The translations under genes and the position numbers were made by a program. Positions 37,800-47,885 of a stretch of 64,000 nucleotides of DNA are shown here, piece by piece. The stretch spans positions 35,739-99,738 of the forward strand of contig PFSB01000017.1 in the NCBI GenBank assembly GCA_002788855.1. The letters run 5' to 3'. Numbering within the stretch: position 1 is the first letter of the stretch; every line of letters begins with the position of its first letter. The notes under the pieces were generated by a model. That model had not been told where the DNA came from and searched no databases. It was given only the letters and a program-made list of their open reading frames with translations. The stretch comes from Candidatus Roizmanbacteria bacterium CG_4_9_14_0_2_um_filter_38_17 (GTDB lineage Bacteria > Patescibacteriota > Microgenomatia > GCA-00278855).

Positions 37800-38732
37800 T
37801 CAGTTGTGTTTTTGTTTCTTTTTTTCATCATCTCTAAAAGGAAGCCTTATTTGTTTTGCTCCCGACCTATGTTCAAGAACTTTAATTATTTCATAATCCG
37901 ATTTTATTCCCGTATCTGAAATCCATTGTTTTTCACGTAGCATAACTTTAAATAAATCATCTTTAAAAAACCCGTCTTTGTTTTGCTGAACCTTATTAAC
38001 AAAATCCTCATCGCTAATCGTTGCATAAAATTCTACATTCCCATCACTGAATTTCCATTTATGTCCTTCTATAAACGAGATAGTAGTAACTGTTAAAAAC
38101 ACTTCTCGTTCTTGGTCTTGCAATAGCTCGTCTGGTATTTCAGATAGCTTGAAATAATCTTTTTCCTCTTTTTTAATTACTATTTCTTGGTTGTTTTTTT
38201 TAATTGCAAAACTATCTATTCCCTCTTGTGATAAGGGCTCTGTAATCACTTTTTGTATAGATGTTCTAATTTTTACATTTGAAAATAATGCAATTACTCT
38301 TGGATTAGTTTCATATTTTTCTTTATCCTCAACTTCAATTATTGTCTTTGTTTTGTTTATATTTTTTATATTTTTTATATTTCGGTTTCTAAGCCAAAGA
38401 AGAAAAGCGATTAATCCGCCACTAGGTACTCCAATAAATCCAAGAATTTGCAGAAGATTGGATGCAGCATTTGCTTGGTCAGAGTTAAAAAGCGAAGTTA
38501 AACCATCTATTCCACCCTGAACTACGGATAAATCAAAACCAAAAGAACCACTTTTAAAGGTACCTTTTACATTAACTTGAACTTTTGTTTTGTCTCCGTA
38601 GGTTATCTTGTTTGTCTCATCCAACACGTCACTTATTGCAAGTAAAGCAGGGGCAAGGTCACGCACATCCATCTCATTGTGCTGTAGGGCATCGCCATCG
38701 TAGACAACTTGAAAATATTCTTTTTGTGTCAT
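37800..38732 (-). CDS. Hypothetical protein, visibly AT-rich, possibly horizontally acquired
   Basis: 310-aa ORF with no recognised catalytic motif. Confidence 0.75.
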   Translation of the reverse strand: MTQKEYFQVVYDGDALQHNEMDVRDLAPALLAISDVLDETNKITYGDKTKVQVNVKGTFKSGSFGFDLSVVQGGIDGLTSLFNSDQANAASNLLQILGFIGVPSGGLIAFLLWLRNRNIKNIKNINKTKTIIEVEDKEKYETNPRVIALFSNVKIRTSIQKVITEPLSQEGIDSFAIKKNNQEIVIKKEEKDYFKLSEIPDELLQDQEREVFLTVTTISFIEGHKWKFSDGNVEFYATISDEDFVNKVQQNKDGFFKDDLFKVMLREKQWISDTGIKSDYEIIKVLEHRSGAKQIRLPFRDDEKKKQKHN

Positions 38733-38837
38733 ATTTTTACTTCATTTCATTTTAGAATCTATCTGCTTTCAAGCTTAACAACAAAAAAATCAAATTACAA
38801 GAATTTAAATGAGGAAAAAGTTATTGAGTAGACTGTG

Positions 38838-39449
38838 TCAAACGCTGGACGTTTGACACGCTTGATACAATTCTCCTACTTTTTCCCAGTTAATAATATT
38901 AAAGAAGGCGGAGATATAGTCTGGTCGTTTATTTTGATATTTTAGATAATAAGCGTGTTCCCAGACGTCTAGCCCTAAGATTGGCGTGTCACCTTGCATT
39001 AGAGGGCTATCTTGATTAGCCGTGCTGTAAACGGCTGTAGATTTGTCCTCTTTTATTACTAACCAAGCCCAACCAGATCCAAAGCGAGTTGCGGCAGCGT
39101 TAGTAAATTTTTCTTTAAATTTGGCATAATCGCCAATTGCTTTTGCTAGTTCTCCAGTTGGCTCATTTGTGGTGTTTGGAGACATAATCTGCCAAAAAAG
39201 CATGTGGTTTGCATGTCCTCCTCCGCTGTTAATAACTGCTTGGCGAATATCTTCCGGTACGGAGTTTATGTCTTTTAATAAGTCCTCGATGGATTTAGAA
39301 GATAGCTCAGTGTGTCCTTCAAGCGCTGTGTTAAGTTTATCTACGTATCCAGCGTGATGTTTTTCGTGGTGAATATGCATTGTAGCCTCATCAATGTATG
39401 GCTCAAGCGCATTATATTCGTATGGAAGACTTGGTAGTTGAAAACTCAT
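38838..39449 (-). CDS. sodA: Superoxide dismutase (Mn/Fe, Mn-like)
   Basis: [29 protein letters not shown]. Confidence 0.96.
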   Translation of the reverse strand: MSFQLPSLPYEYNALEPYIDEATMHIHHEKHHAGYVDKLNTALEGHTELSSKSIEDLLKDINSVPEDIRQAVINSGGGHANHMLFWQIMSPNTTNEPTGELAKAIGDYAKFKEKFTNAAATRFGSGWAWLVIKEDKSTAVYSTANQDSPLMQGDTPILGLDVWEHAYYLKYQNKRPDYISAFFNIINWEKVGELYQACQTSSV

Positions 39450-39484
39450 GTTCTACACTTATACCACAAAAGCTTATGCCAGTG

Positions 39485-39500
39485 GGGAAACCATGAAACA
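39485..39500 (+). repeat. Dispersed motif copy (1 mismatch), intergenic
   Basis: GGGAAACCATGAAACA. Confidence 0.85.
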
Positions 39501-39517
39501 TGTGATAATATTGAGTT

Positions 39518-40450
39518 ATGCTCGTACCATATTCAACACAATTTACAAATTATAACCGCGCCTATCGGTGGACAGGTTTACAAATTACAAATAAGATCCA
39601 AAGAGCTGTTATTCAAACCATAGCTTACTCTGCAGTTTTTAATTATCCACTTACAGCCCAGGAGATTAAACAGTATTTAATTTCTGAACTAGAAATTGGT
39701 GACTCACTTAATCAATTATTAAATTCAAATTCTATCGAACATAAGAATGGTTATTATTTTTTGCCGGGGTTTGAGAGTAGCGTAGCCCAGCGGGAAAAGA
39801 GAAAACCAATTGCAGCTAATAAGAGAGTGATGCTGAATCGTTTCATAGCATTAGCAATGTGTATTCCCACAATAAAACTTATTGGCATCTCTGGCGCGTT
39901 GGCCATGGAAAATGCACACAAAGAAGACGATATTGATCTGTTTATTGTTACAACTTCAGGCACCACGTGGTTAACAAGGATGCTTTGTATTTTACTGGCG
40001 GAAGGATTAGGTCAAAGAAGAAGACCAAAAGCTACAGACGTACAAAACAAGCTATGTTTAAACATGTTTATAGATGAAGCACACTTAGCGATACCAAAAG
40101 CAGAAAGAGATTTGTTTTCGGCTCACGAGGTAGTTCAGTTAAAACCAGTTTATAACAAAGAACACACTTATGAAAAGTTTTTGCTGGTAAATAGTTGGGT
40201 AAGCGCGTATCTTCCTAATGCTAGCAATTCAACTAAGTTCGGACCTTCTGCTTTGCATAGGGTCCGACCAAGTCTCGCTCTTGTAATATTTGCAGAACAA
40301 GTTGCTCGTTTTTTTCAACGAATTTATATGAAAGGGCGGGTTACTCACGAGGTTCTTGAAGATGGATACTTGCGTTTTCACCCATCAGATGCCAGACGAT
40401 TTGTGTTTGGTAGGTTCGAGCAAATCCTTCAAAAGGCAATTTTGCTATAG
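39518..40450 (+). CDS. Conserved hypothetical protein with nucleotidyltransferase-like motif
   Basis: GISGALA...DDIDLFIV; start uncertain. Confidence 0.7.
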   Translation: MLVPYSTQFTNYNRAYRWTGLQITNKIQRAVIQTIAYSAVFNYPLTAQEIKQYLISELEIGDSLNQLLNSNSIEHKNGYYFLPGFESSVAQREKRKPIAANKRVMLNRFIALAMCIPTIKLIGISGALAMENAHKEDDIDLFIVTTSGTTWLTRMLCILLAEGLGQRRRPKATDVQNKLCLNMFIDEAHLAIPKAERDLFSAHEVVQLKPVYNKEHTYEKFLLVNSWVSAYLPNASNSTKFGPSALHRVRPSLALVIFAEQVARFFQRIYMKGRVTHEVLEDGYLRFHPSDARRFVFGRFEQILQKAILL

Positions 40451-40454
40451 GCTA

Positions 40455-40509
40455 TTGACAAATAGTCACTCTCTATTTAGAATAAGCAATTACTAGGCAA
40501 GAGTGCTAA
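40455..40509 (+). promoter_or_regulatory. groESL sigma70 promoter plus degenerate CIRCE
   Basis: TTGACA(40455)-17-TAGAAT; TAAGCAATT-N9-GAGTGCTAA (40483-40509) versus CIRCE TTAGCACTC-N9-GAGTGCTAA. Confidence 0.7.
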
Positions 40510-40514
40510 AAATG

Positions 40515-40530
40515 GGTAAACCATGAAACA
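40515..40530 (+). repeat. Dispersed motif copy at groES start
   Basis: Exact match GGTAAACCATGAAACA. Confidence 0.9.
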
Positions 40531-40831
40531 TATGACAAACAACACAAAAATACAGCCTCTTTTAGACAACGTCTTAATTGAGCCAGCAGAAGAAGAAACA
40601 AAATCTCCTGGTGGAATATACTTACCCGAAAATGCCAAAGAAAAACCAACTATTGGTGAGGTTTTAGCGGTCGGACCTGGAAAATTAGACGAGAACGGCA
40701 AAATTATTAAACTGTCTGTAAAAGTAGGAGACAAGGTGTATTACAAGAAATGGGGAGGAAACGAAATTAAGATTGCAGGTGTTGAGCTATTACTAGTTGA
40801 AGAGAAGGATGTTCTCGCTATTATAAAATAA
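40523..40831 (+). CDS. groES: Co-chaperonin GroES
   Basis: PLLDNVLI, GGIYLP, GEVLAVGPG; true start may be 40532. Confidence 0.97.
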   Translation: MKHMTNNTKIQPLLDNVLIEPAEEETKSPGGIYLPENAKEKPTIGEVLAVGPGKLDENGKIIKLSVKVGDKVYYKKWGGNEIKIAGVELLLVEEKDVLAIIK

Positions 40832-42490
<1,659 letters not shown>

Positions 42491-42524
42491 TCTTTCACTA
42501 CTCCCCCATTGTATAATTACCCTC

Positions 42525-43106
42525 ATGAGACTAGTTTTGCAAAGAGTTAAACGCGCTTCTGTTAAGGTTCAAAATAAAGCTACTATTAAAATCGATCGTG
42601 GCTATCTAATCTATGTTGCTGTTGGCCAAGAAGACACTGTGAATGACGTAACTATCTTAGTCGATAAACTTGGTAAACTGCGATTCTTTCCACAGAAAGA
42701 TAAGGTTCGGGTAAACCATGAAACACATGACTTTCAAAAATCTATAATAGATATTAAAGGGAGTATCCTAGTAATACCTAACTACACTTTGTACGGTGAT
42801 CTCAATGACGGTAATCGTCCATACTTTGGACAGGCTGCTGAGCAAGAGATGGCGGCAAAATTGTATAAGCAGCTCTTAAAACAGCTGAAGAAAACGTGTG
42901 GTACGACTGTAACTGTTAAAACAGGTATGTTTGGAGAGTTTATGGAAGTGTCCGCCACCAATGATGGGCCGGCAACCTTAGTTCTTGAGCCAGACTTAAT
43001 TGGCCAAATGGAAAGGGAATTAGAAATAGAAGAAACGGATGATAATTATGCTGAAAATTTTGATGACATGCTCGACAAACTTGGCGTAGACCTAGACAAC
43101 ATATAA
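42525..43106 (+). CDS. dtd: D-aminoacyl-tRNA deacylase with acidic tail
   Basis: MRLVLQRVKRASV, GNRPYF, G.FG..M.V...NDGP. Confidence 0.88.
   Translation: MRLVLQRVKRASVKVQNKATIKIDRGYLIYVAVGQEDTVNDVTILVDKLGKLRFFPQKDKVRVNHETHDFQKSIIDIKGSILVIPNYTLYGDLNDGNRPYFGQAAEQEMAAKLYKQLLKQLKKTCGTTVTVKTGMFGEFMEVSATNDGPATLVLEPDLIGQMERELEIEETDDNYAENFDDMLDKLGVDLDNI
42710..42725 (+). repeat. Dispersed motif copy in frame inside dtd
   Basis: Exact match; reads VNHET. Confidence 0.9.
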
Positions 43107-43170
43107 AGGCTTCGCCTTTATATGTTGAGAGGCGCTTGACTCCCCTTCTTTTACCCACTATGATGTTAAT

Positions 43171-44649
43171 ATGCAAAATTTCTTCAAGGAAATCTCTGAT
43201 CATAAAGATATTCCTACCTACAAGATGTTTATTGAAGGTAAGTGGCAGTTTTCTTCTAGTGATCGAACAAATGATATTGTTTCTCCGATTGATGGCAAGA
43301 TTGTGGGCAGAGTTGATGTTGCAACTTCTGATGAAATTAATAGAGCTGTTAAATCAGCAAAGAAAGCACAAGAAAATTGGGGTAATACAAGCTTAAACAC
43401 CAGAATTACATCAATGATGCTAGTAGCGGATTACTTGCGAGAGTATTCTGGGGAGCTTGGAAAAATATTAGCAGTAGAGATTGGAAAACCAGCTAATGAA
43501 GCAATTAAAGAATATGTACGCTCGGCGGAGATGATTGATGCGTTTATTGGTGAGGTCAGAAGTTTGCGGGGCGAAGAGATTCCTTCAGACCAGTTTCCTG
43601 GGGTAGAGCTGGGGAAAACAGCAATCGTAAAAAGGGTGCCAAGAGGAGTAATATTAGCGATTGCTCCATTTAACTATCCTATTAATCTAGCGGTGTCCAA
43701 ATTAGCACCAGCTCTTTTAACAGGTAATACTGTTGTATTTAAGCCTCCAACTTATGGATCAATTTCAGGAACATATTTGACCAAAATCTTTGTTGAAAGC
43801 GGTTTACCAGAGGGAGTTATTCAGCTTATAACCGGAGCAGGTTCCCAAATTGGAACTAAAACTACTGGTCACCCAGATATTGCCATGGTAGCTTTTACGG
43901 GTTCTTCTGAAGCTGGTGAAACTATCTGTAATAATTCTGGCATGGCAGATTGTTTATTTGAATGCGGAGGTAACAATCCGTTAATAGTACTATCCGATGC
44001 CAATTTAGATCTTACAACCGAGCATATTTCAAAAGGGGCATTTTCATATTCCGGGCAAAGATGTACTGGGGTAAAGAAAATCTATGGACTGCGTGCTACT
44101 TTGGATAAAGTTATTCCAAGGGTCGTGGAGTATACCAAGGCAAATATGAAGCTGGGAGATCCAATGAATAAGGGGATCAATATGGGTCCAGTTATAACTG
44201 AGAAGGCAGCTCATACTATCATGCGTCGTATTAATGACGCAGTAAAACAAGGAGCAGAGCTTGTATATGGAGGAAATGCTGATGGGCCCTATATAGAACC
44301 AACTATTCTTCGTAATGTAACGGAAAAAATGGAAGTAGCACATATGGAGACTTTTGGGCCAGTTATTTCGTTTATTGAAGTTGATAATATTGATGATGCA
44401 ATTGAGATGATAAATGACTCAAAATATGGTCTCCAGGCCTCTATCTTTACCGAAGATGAAGGAACTGGTTTGTCCTTAGCAGATAGGATTAATACGGGAA
44501 CAGTCCAGATAAACTCGAATCCCCAGCGAGGGCCAGATCACTTTCCATTTATGGGGGTAAAATCCTCAGGTATTGGAGTGCAGGGAATAAGATATTCTCT
44601 AGAGGCTATGACAAGGTTAAAGTCAGTGGTATTAAACAGCCCCCACTAA
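43171..44649 (+). CDS. gapN: Aldehyde dehydrogenase, GapN-like
   Basis: APFNYPINL, FKPPT, FTGS, ECGGN, FSYSGQRCT, ETFGP, QRGPDHFPF. Confidence 0.8.
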   Translation: MQNFFKEISDHKDIPTYKMFIEGKWQFSSSDRTNDIVSPIDGKIVGRVDVATSDEINRAVKSAKKAQENWGNTSLNTRITSMMLVADYLREYSGELGKILAVEIGKPANEAIKEYVRSAEMIDAFIGEVRSLRGEEIPSDQFPGVELGKTAIVKRVPRGVILAIAPFNYPINLAVSKLAPALLTGNTVVFKPPTYGSISGTYLTKIFVESGLPEGVIQLITGAGSQIGTKTTGHPDIAMVAFTGSSEAGETICNNSGMADCLFECGGNNPLIVLSDANLDLTTEHISKGAFSYSGQRCTGVKKIYGLRATLDKVIPRVVEYTKANMKLGDPMNKGINMGPVITEKAAHTIMRRINDAVKQGAELVYGGNADGPYIEPTILRNVTEKMEVAHMETFGPVISFIEVDNIDDAIEMINDSKYGLQASIFTEDEGTGLSLADRINTGTVQINSNPQRGPDHFPFMGVKSSGIGVQGIRYSLEAMTRLKSVVLNSPH

Positions 44650-44651
44650 AT

Positions 44652-44852
44652 ATGTCTAGTTTTATGCATTCCAAAATTATTCAAAAAACGGTTGATACTG
44701 TTACGAGCAGGCTTGGTAATCTTCTAGCTTCTATTATAACTCACACACCAAGTCACTACTCCGAAATTGATAAATTGGTAGGTGCAGTTAGAGTTAAGAG
44801 TAAGAAAAAAGTTACTTTATCTACTGATATTGATGATATTTACTATCGATGA
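44652..44852 (+). CDS. Small hypothetical protein, possibly an orphan antitoxin
   Basis: 66 aa ending IDDIYYR; overlapping downstream ATG closes after 2 codons. Confidence 0.4.
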   Translation: MSSFMHSKIIQKTVDTVTSRLGNLLASIITHTPSHYSEIDKLVGAVRVKSKKKVTLSTDIDDIYYR

Positions 44853-44879
44853 AATAGTGTTAATTTTAAGGAGTTAAAC

Positions 44880-45221
44880 CTACTCACAAACCCTTTTTAA
44901 TCCCAAGCGAAGCAAAGCAAGGTCGCTCGTCGTAGCTTTAGCTCCGACGAAGCGGGCCAAACCCCCCTTCCTCCCGCCCGCGGAAGCGACCCTTTCGGAT
45001 TGGACGATTTTCCTTCGACTTCGCTCAGGCCTTCGGCTCTGAGGCTCAGGCTCGAAGAGATGGTGAGCCACTCGGCCCTGAGCTCGTGGCCGAAGGACCT
45101 GTCGAACCACAAGTTTTTCTTTGGCGGCAAATTCTTTTAATTCGGAAATTTGAGATTCAATACTTAAAATTTGTCGTTCTTCGCTGTCCGTTGATTTTCT
45201 GGTGTAGATAAAGTATTTCAC
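44880..45221 (-). pseudogene. Truncated serine recombinase interrupted by REP-like elements
   Basis: YFIYTRKSTDSEERQILSIESQ catalytic N-terminus, then GC-rich palindrome-derived sequence; lies downstream of the tRNA-Ser 3' end. Confidence 0.8.
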
Positions 45222-45376
45222 AGTTTCCCCTTAAAAATTAAAAATGAAAATTCGGGAAGCCCGCTTTTGACCAGCCCCGCGAGATACGGAGCAAAGATAA
45301 AAAATTCCAATTTGCGCTTAAAATCGGCTGGCGAGCCCTCGAGAGAGGCGATGAGCCAACAAAGACATTTCCCAAC

Positions 45377-45463
45377 TGGCGGAGAGGGAGGGATTCGAAC
45401 CCCCGTATGCATAGCATGCATGGTTTTCAAGACCAGCCCGTTAAGCCGCTCCGGCACCTCTCC
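45377..45463 (-). tRNA. tRNA-Ser(TGA)
   Basis: GGAGAGG/CCTCTCC acceptor, CT-TGA-AA loop, long variable arm, CCA. Confidence 0.92.
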
Positions 45464-45467
45464 CTAG

Positions 45468-45555
45468 CGGAGGAGATGGGATTCGAACCCATGTGAGCTG
45501 TAAAGCTCAGGAGTTTAGCAAACTCCCCGAATTGACCAGACTATCGGACTCCTCC
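45468..45555 (-). tRNA. tRNA-Ser(GCT)
   Basis: GGAGT-TTGCTAA-ACTCC anticodon arm, long variable arm, GGTTCGAATCC. Confidence 0.92.
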
Positions 45556-45583
45556 AGTTAGCTTGTAGTATTATAGCAAGAAT

Positions 45584-46240
45584 ATGTTTAAGTTCGATAA
45601 TTTAGGTAAATACCCAGAAATCGCTCATTTTGTTACAAATCGAGAGTTTGGGGAAGTTACGCTTGAGGGCGGACAAGAAAAGCTCGCAAAAGAGCAAAAT
45701 ATTGAGGCTAAGCAAGTAGTTGTTATTCAACAAGTACATGGAAACGGAGTTATTGAGGCTAAAATAGGGAATTTGCAAGAGGGAGATGCCTTAGTAACTA
45801 ATAAAACTGGTCTATGCCTAGCTGTGAGAGTAGCAGACTGTGTTCCTATGCTACTTTTTGACCCTACAAAGAAGATTGTTGGAGCTATCCATGCCGGATG
45901 GAGAGGTAGTGCAAAACAGATTGCCTTTAATACACTTAAATATATGCAGAATAGGCACATGGTAAATCCGGGTGATGTTATAGTTGGGATTGGACCGTCC
46001 ATTGGCCCTTGTTGTTTTGAAGTAAAAGAAGATGTAGCCAGTCAATTCGAGGATAAATATAAGACAGCTGGAACTATCGATCTCTGGAAGGCCAATTATG
46101 ATCAGTTATTAATGGGTGGTGTTAAGAAGAAAAATATTGAAGTGGCTAATATCTGCACAAAGTGCAATCTAGATAAATATTTCTCTTATAGAGCAACGGG
46201 GGATGCGTCCAGCTTTGCCTGTGGGATTATGTTGCTATAA
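45584..46240 (+). CDS. pgeF: YfiH/PgeF-family protein
   Basis: QVHG, ADCVP, HAGWRG, GPSIGPCCFEV, FSYR. Confidence 0.92.
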   Translation: MFKFDNLGKYPEIAHFVTNREFGEVTLEGGQEKLAKEQNIEAKQVVVIQQVHGNGVIEAKIGNLQEGDALVTNKTGLCLAVRVADCVPMLLFDPTKKIVGAIHAGWRGSAKQIAFNTLKYMQNRHMVNPGDVIVGIGPSIGPCCFEVKEDVASQFEDKYKTAGTIDLWKANYDQLLMGGVKKKNIEVANICTKCNLDKYFSYRATGDASSFACGIMLL

Positions 46241-46247
46241 TCCTCTT

Positions 46248-46682
46248 ATGGAGTATAAGAATAGGAAAGCGAGACAATATAGCATTACCGATGAGTATGT
46301 TGCAGGTATTGTGCTGACAGGAGCGGAGGCTAAGTCAATAAAGTCGGGTAGAATGAAGCTGGATGGAAGTTACGCCAAAATTAGAAATAATGAGGTGTTT
46401 TTAGTAGGAGCTATAATCCCTCAGTATAAGTATTCAAGTCTAAAGGATTACGACCAGCAACGAACAAGAAAGTTGTTGCTTAAAAAGTCTGAAATAATCT
46501 CTCTTCAGTCCAAGATTCAGAGCGGGAGATTGACCCTAATCCCCCTCTCATGCTATACTTCTCGCGGTTTGGTAAAGATCAAGCTGGGACTGGCTCGGGG
46601 CAAAAAAATGCATGAGAAACGAGACGAGCTAAAAAAGCGAGATTCCAAACGAGAAATTGAAAGAGAATTGAAGAATTACTAA
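46248..46682 (+). CDS. smpB: SsrA-binding protein
   Basis: NRKA, AGIVLTGAEAKS, RTRKLLL, ARGKK; adjacent to tmRNA; start set at MEYKN. Confidence 0.96.
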   Translation: MEYKNRKARQYSITDEYVAGIVLTGAEAKSIKSGRMKLDGSYAKIRNNEVFLVGAIIPQYKYSSLKDYDQQRTRKLLLKKSEIISLQSKIQSGRLTLIPLSCYTSRGLVKIKLGLARGKKMHEKRDELKKRDSKREIERELKNY

Positions 46683-46683
46683 C

Positions 46684-47115
46684 GGGGATGTGTTGATTTG
46701 ACAGGATGAGTACTTTAACAACTTGCAAGCCGAGCTGATTAACTCGCTAAACTTATCAAAAAATCTAATTGCAGAGGATAAAACCCTTGCAGCTTTGAAG
46801 TCCCGTTTGCGCGGGATGGAAGAGGCCTTAATGGCAAAGCGCTTCGCAGCTCGCGCTGCTTTTGCTTACGCTTAAAGGCTGTTTATAGGTCTTTCACTCG
46901 ATGAAGATTTATAGGCACAAACAAAGTCGAGGCGTCAGATAAAGAATCTAGCCTGATCTTTATCGGAGAAATAAGGCAATCCTTAATGATAAGGATAGGT
47001 AAACTATCTTCGATTTGTTAGTTTAATGTCATTAAGTATCAAACTAACTAAGCTTGTGAATGAAGTTGTTTTGCTCGCTTTCTGGACGAGGGGTCACCCC
47101 CCTCCATCTCCACCA
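46684..47115 (+). ncRNA. ssrA: tmRNA
   Basis: GGGGATG.../...CATCTCCACCA with G3:U, directly after smpB, tag ORF 46771-46875 ending AFAYA*. Confidence 0.92.
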
Positions 47116-47121
47116 CGTAAA

Positions 47122-47859
47122 ATGGCTAATCCTCTACTTGTATTTTTAAAATTGCTTTCTCCCAAGCGGTGCGTGAGTTGTAGAAAATTTGGAGCATATT
47201 TTTGTGTTAACTGCTTAAAAAGCATTAAGCCAGTTTTTCATCAAAAATGTATTGCGTGCCAAAGAGTTTCTCATGGTGGAGCTACTCATAGGGACTGCAA
47301 TAAAAGATATGGACTTGATGGGTTGTTCTGCTTGTTTAAATACCAGACAACTATAAGAGCTGGAATAACTAAGCTTAAGTATCAAAAATTAACAGATATT
47401 GAAGACGAGCTTGTAGATTTAATAGGAACTAATTTACTGCTACAAGGCGAGGCTGAGTCGCTAGATGATCTAGAGGAATTTATCTTTTCTAAGCGTCCTA
47501 TTGTAGTGCCCGTACCGCTGCATTGGTGGAAACTGGCACAAAGAGGGTTTAATCAGGCCGAGATTATAAGCGAAGTAGTCGCTAGCGAATACGATCTCCC
47601 AGTTATGCCAAGAGTCCTAAGACGCAAATTTAGATCATCGAGTCAGACAAAGTTAACAAGCAAACAAAGGGTAATAAATGCTAAAAATATATATTCTGTA
47701 AATACAGATTATCTGGAGCAAGGAAAAATTGACCCAGCGCTTTGTAATATTCTATTAGTAGATGATGTAACTACTACTGGCTCTACTTTGAAAGAAGCTG
47801 CAATTGCTTTAAAACGCGTGGGTGTAAAGCGTGTCTGGGGAATAGCTCTCGCCTCATAA
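47122..47859 (+). CDS. comF: ComF family amidophosphoribosyltransferase-like competence protein
   Basis: CxxC zinc ribbons, VPVPLH, RGFNQ, LVDDVTTTGSTL; start set after the tmRNA. Confidence 0.92.
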   Translation: MANPLLVFLKLLSPKRCVSCRKFGAYFCVNCLKSIKPVFHQKCIACQRVSHGGATHRDCNKRYGLDGLFCLFKYQTTIRAGITKLKYQKLTDIEDELVDLIGTNLLLQGEAESLDDLEEFIFSKRPIVVPVPLHWWKLAQRGFNQAEIISEVVASEYDLPVMPRVLRRKFRSSSQTKLTSKQRVINAKNIYSVNTDYLEQGKIDPALCNILLVDDVTTTGSTLKEAAIALKRVGVKRVWGIALAS

Positions 47860-47884
47860 CTTCGAGAACCCGCTTCTCGAAGTT
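47858..47884. repeat. GAGAA-CCCGC-TTCTC hairpin between convergent genes
   Basis: AACTTCGAGAA-CCCGC-TTCTCGAAGTT; 23 nt identical to 59609-59631. Confidence 0.8.
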
Positions 47885-47885
47885 G

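Noticed and set aside
45218-45457. 79-aa minus-strand ORF
   Set aside because: It overlaps tRNA-Ser(TGA) and is a shadow translation.
46994-47008. GATAG-GTAAA-CTATC inside tmRNA resembling the dispersed motif
   Set aside because: It lacks the TGAAACA tail and is explained as a tmRNA helix, so it was not counted.
47026-47121. N-terminal extension of ComF in the ORF track
   Set aside because: It lies within the tmRNA 3' end; the start at 47122 is preferred.
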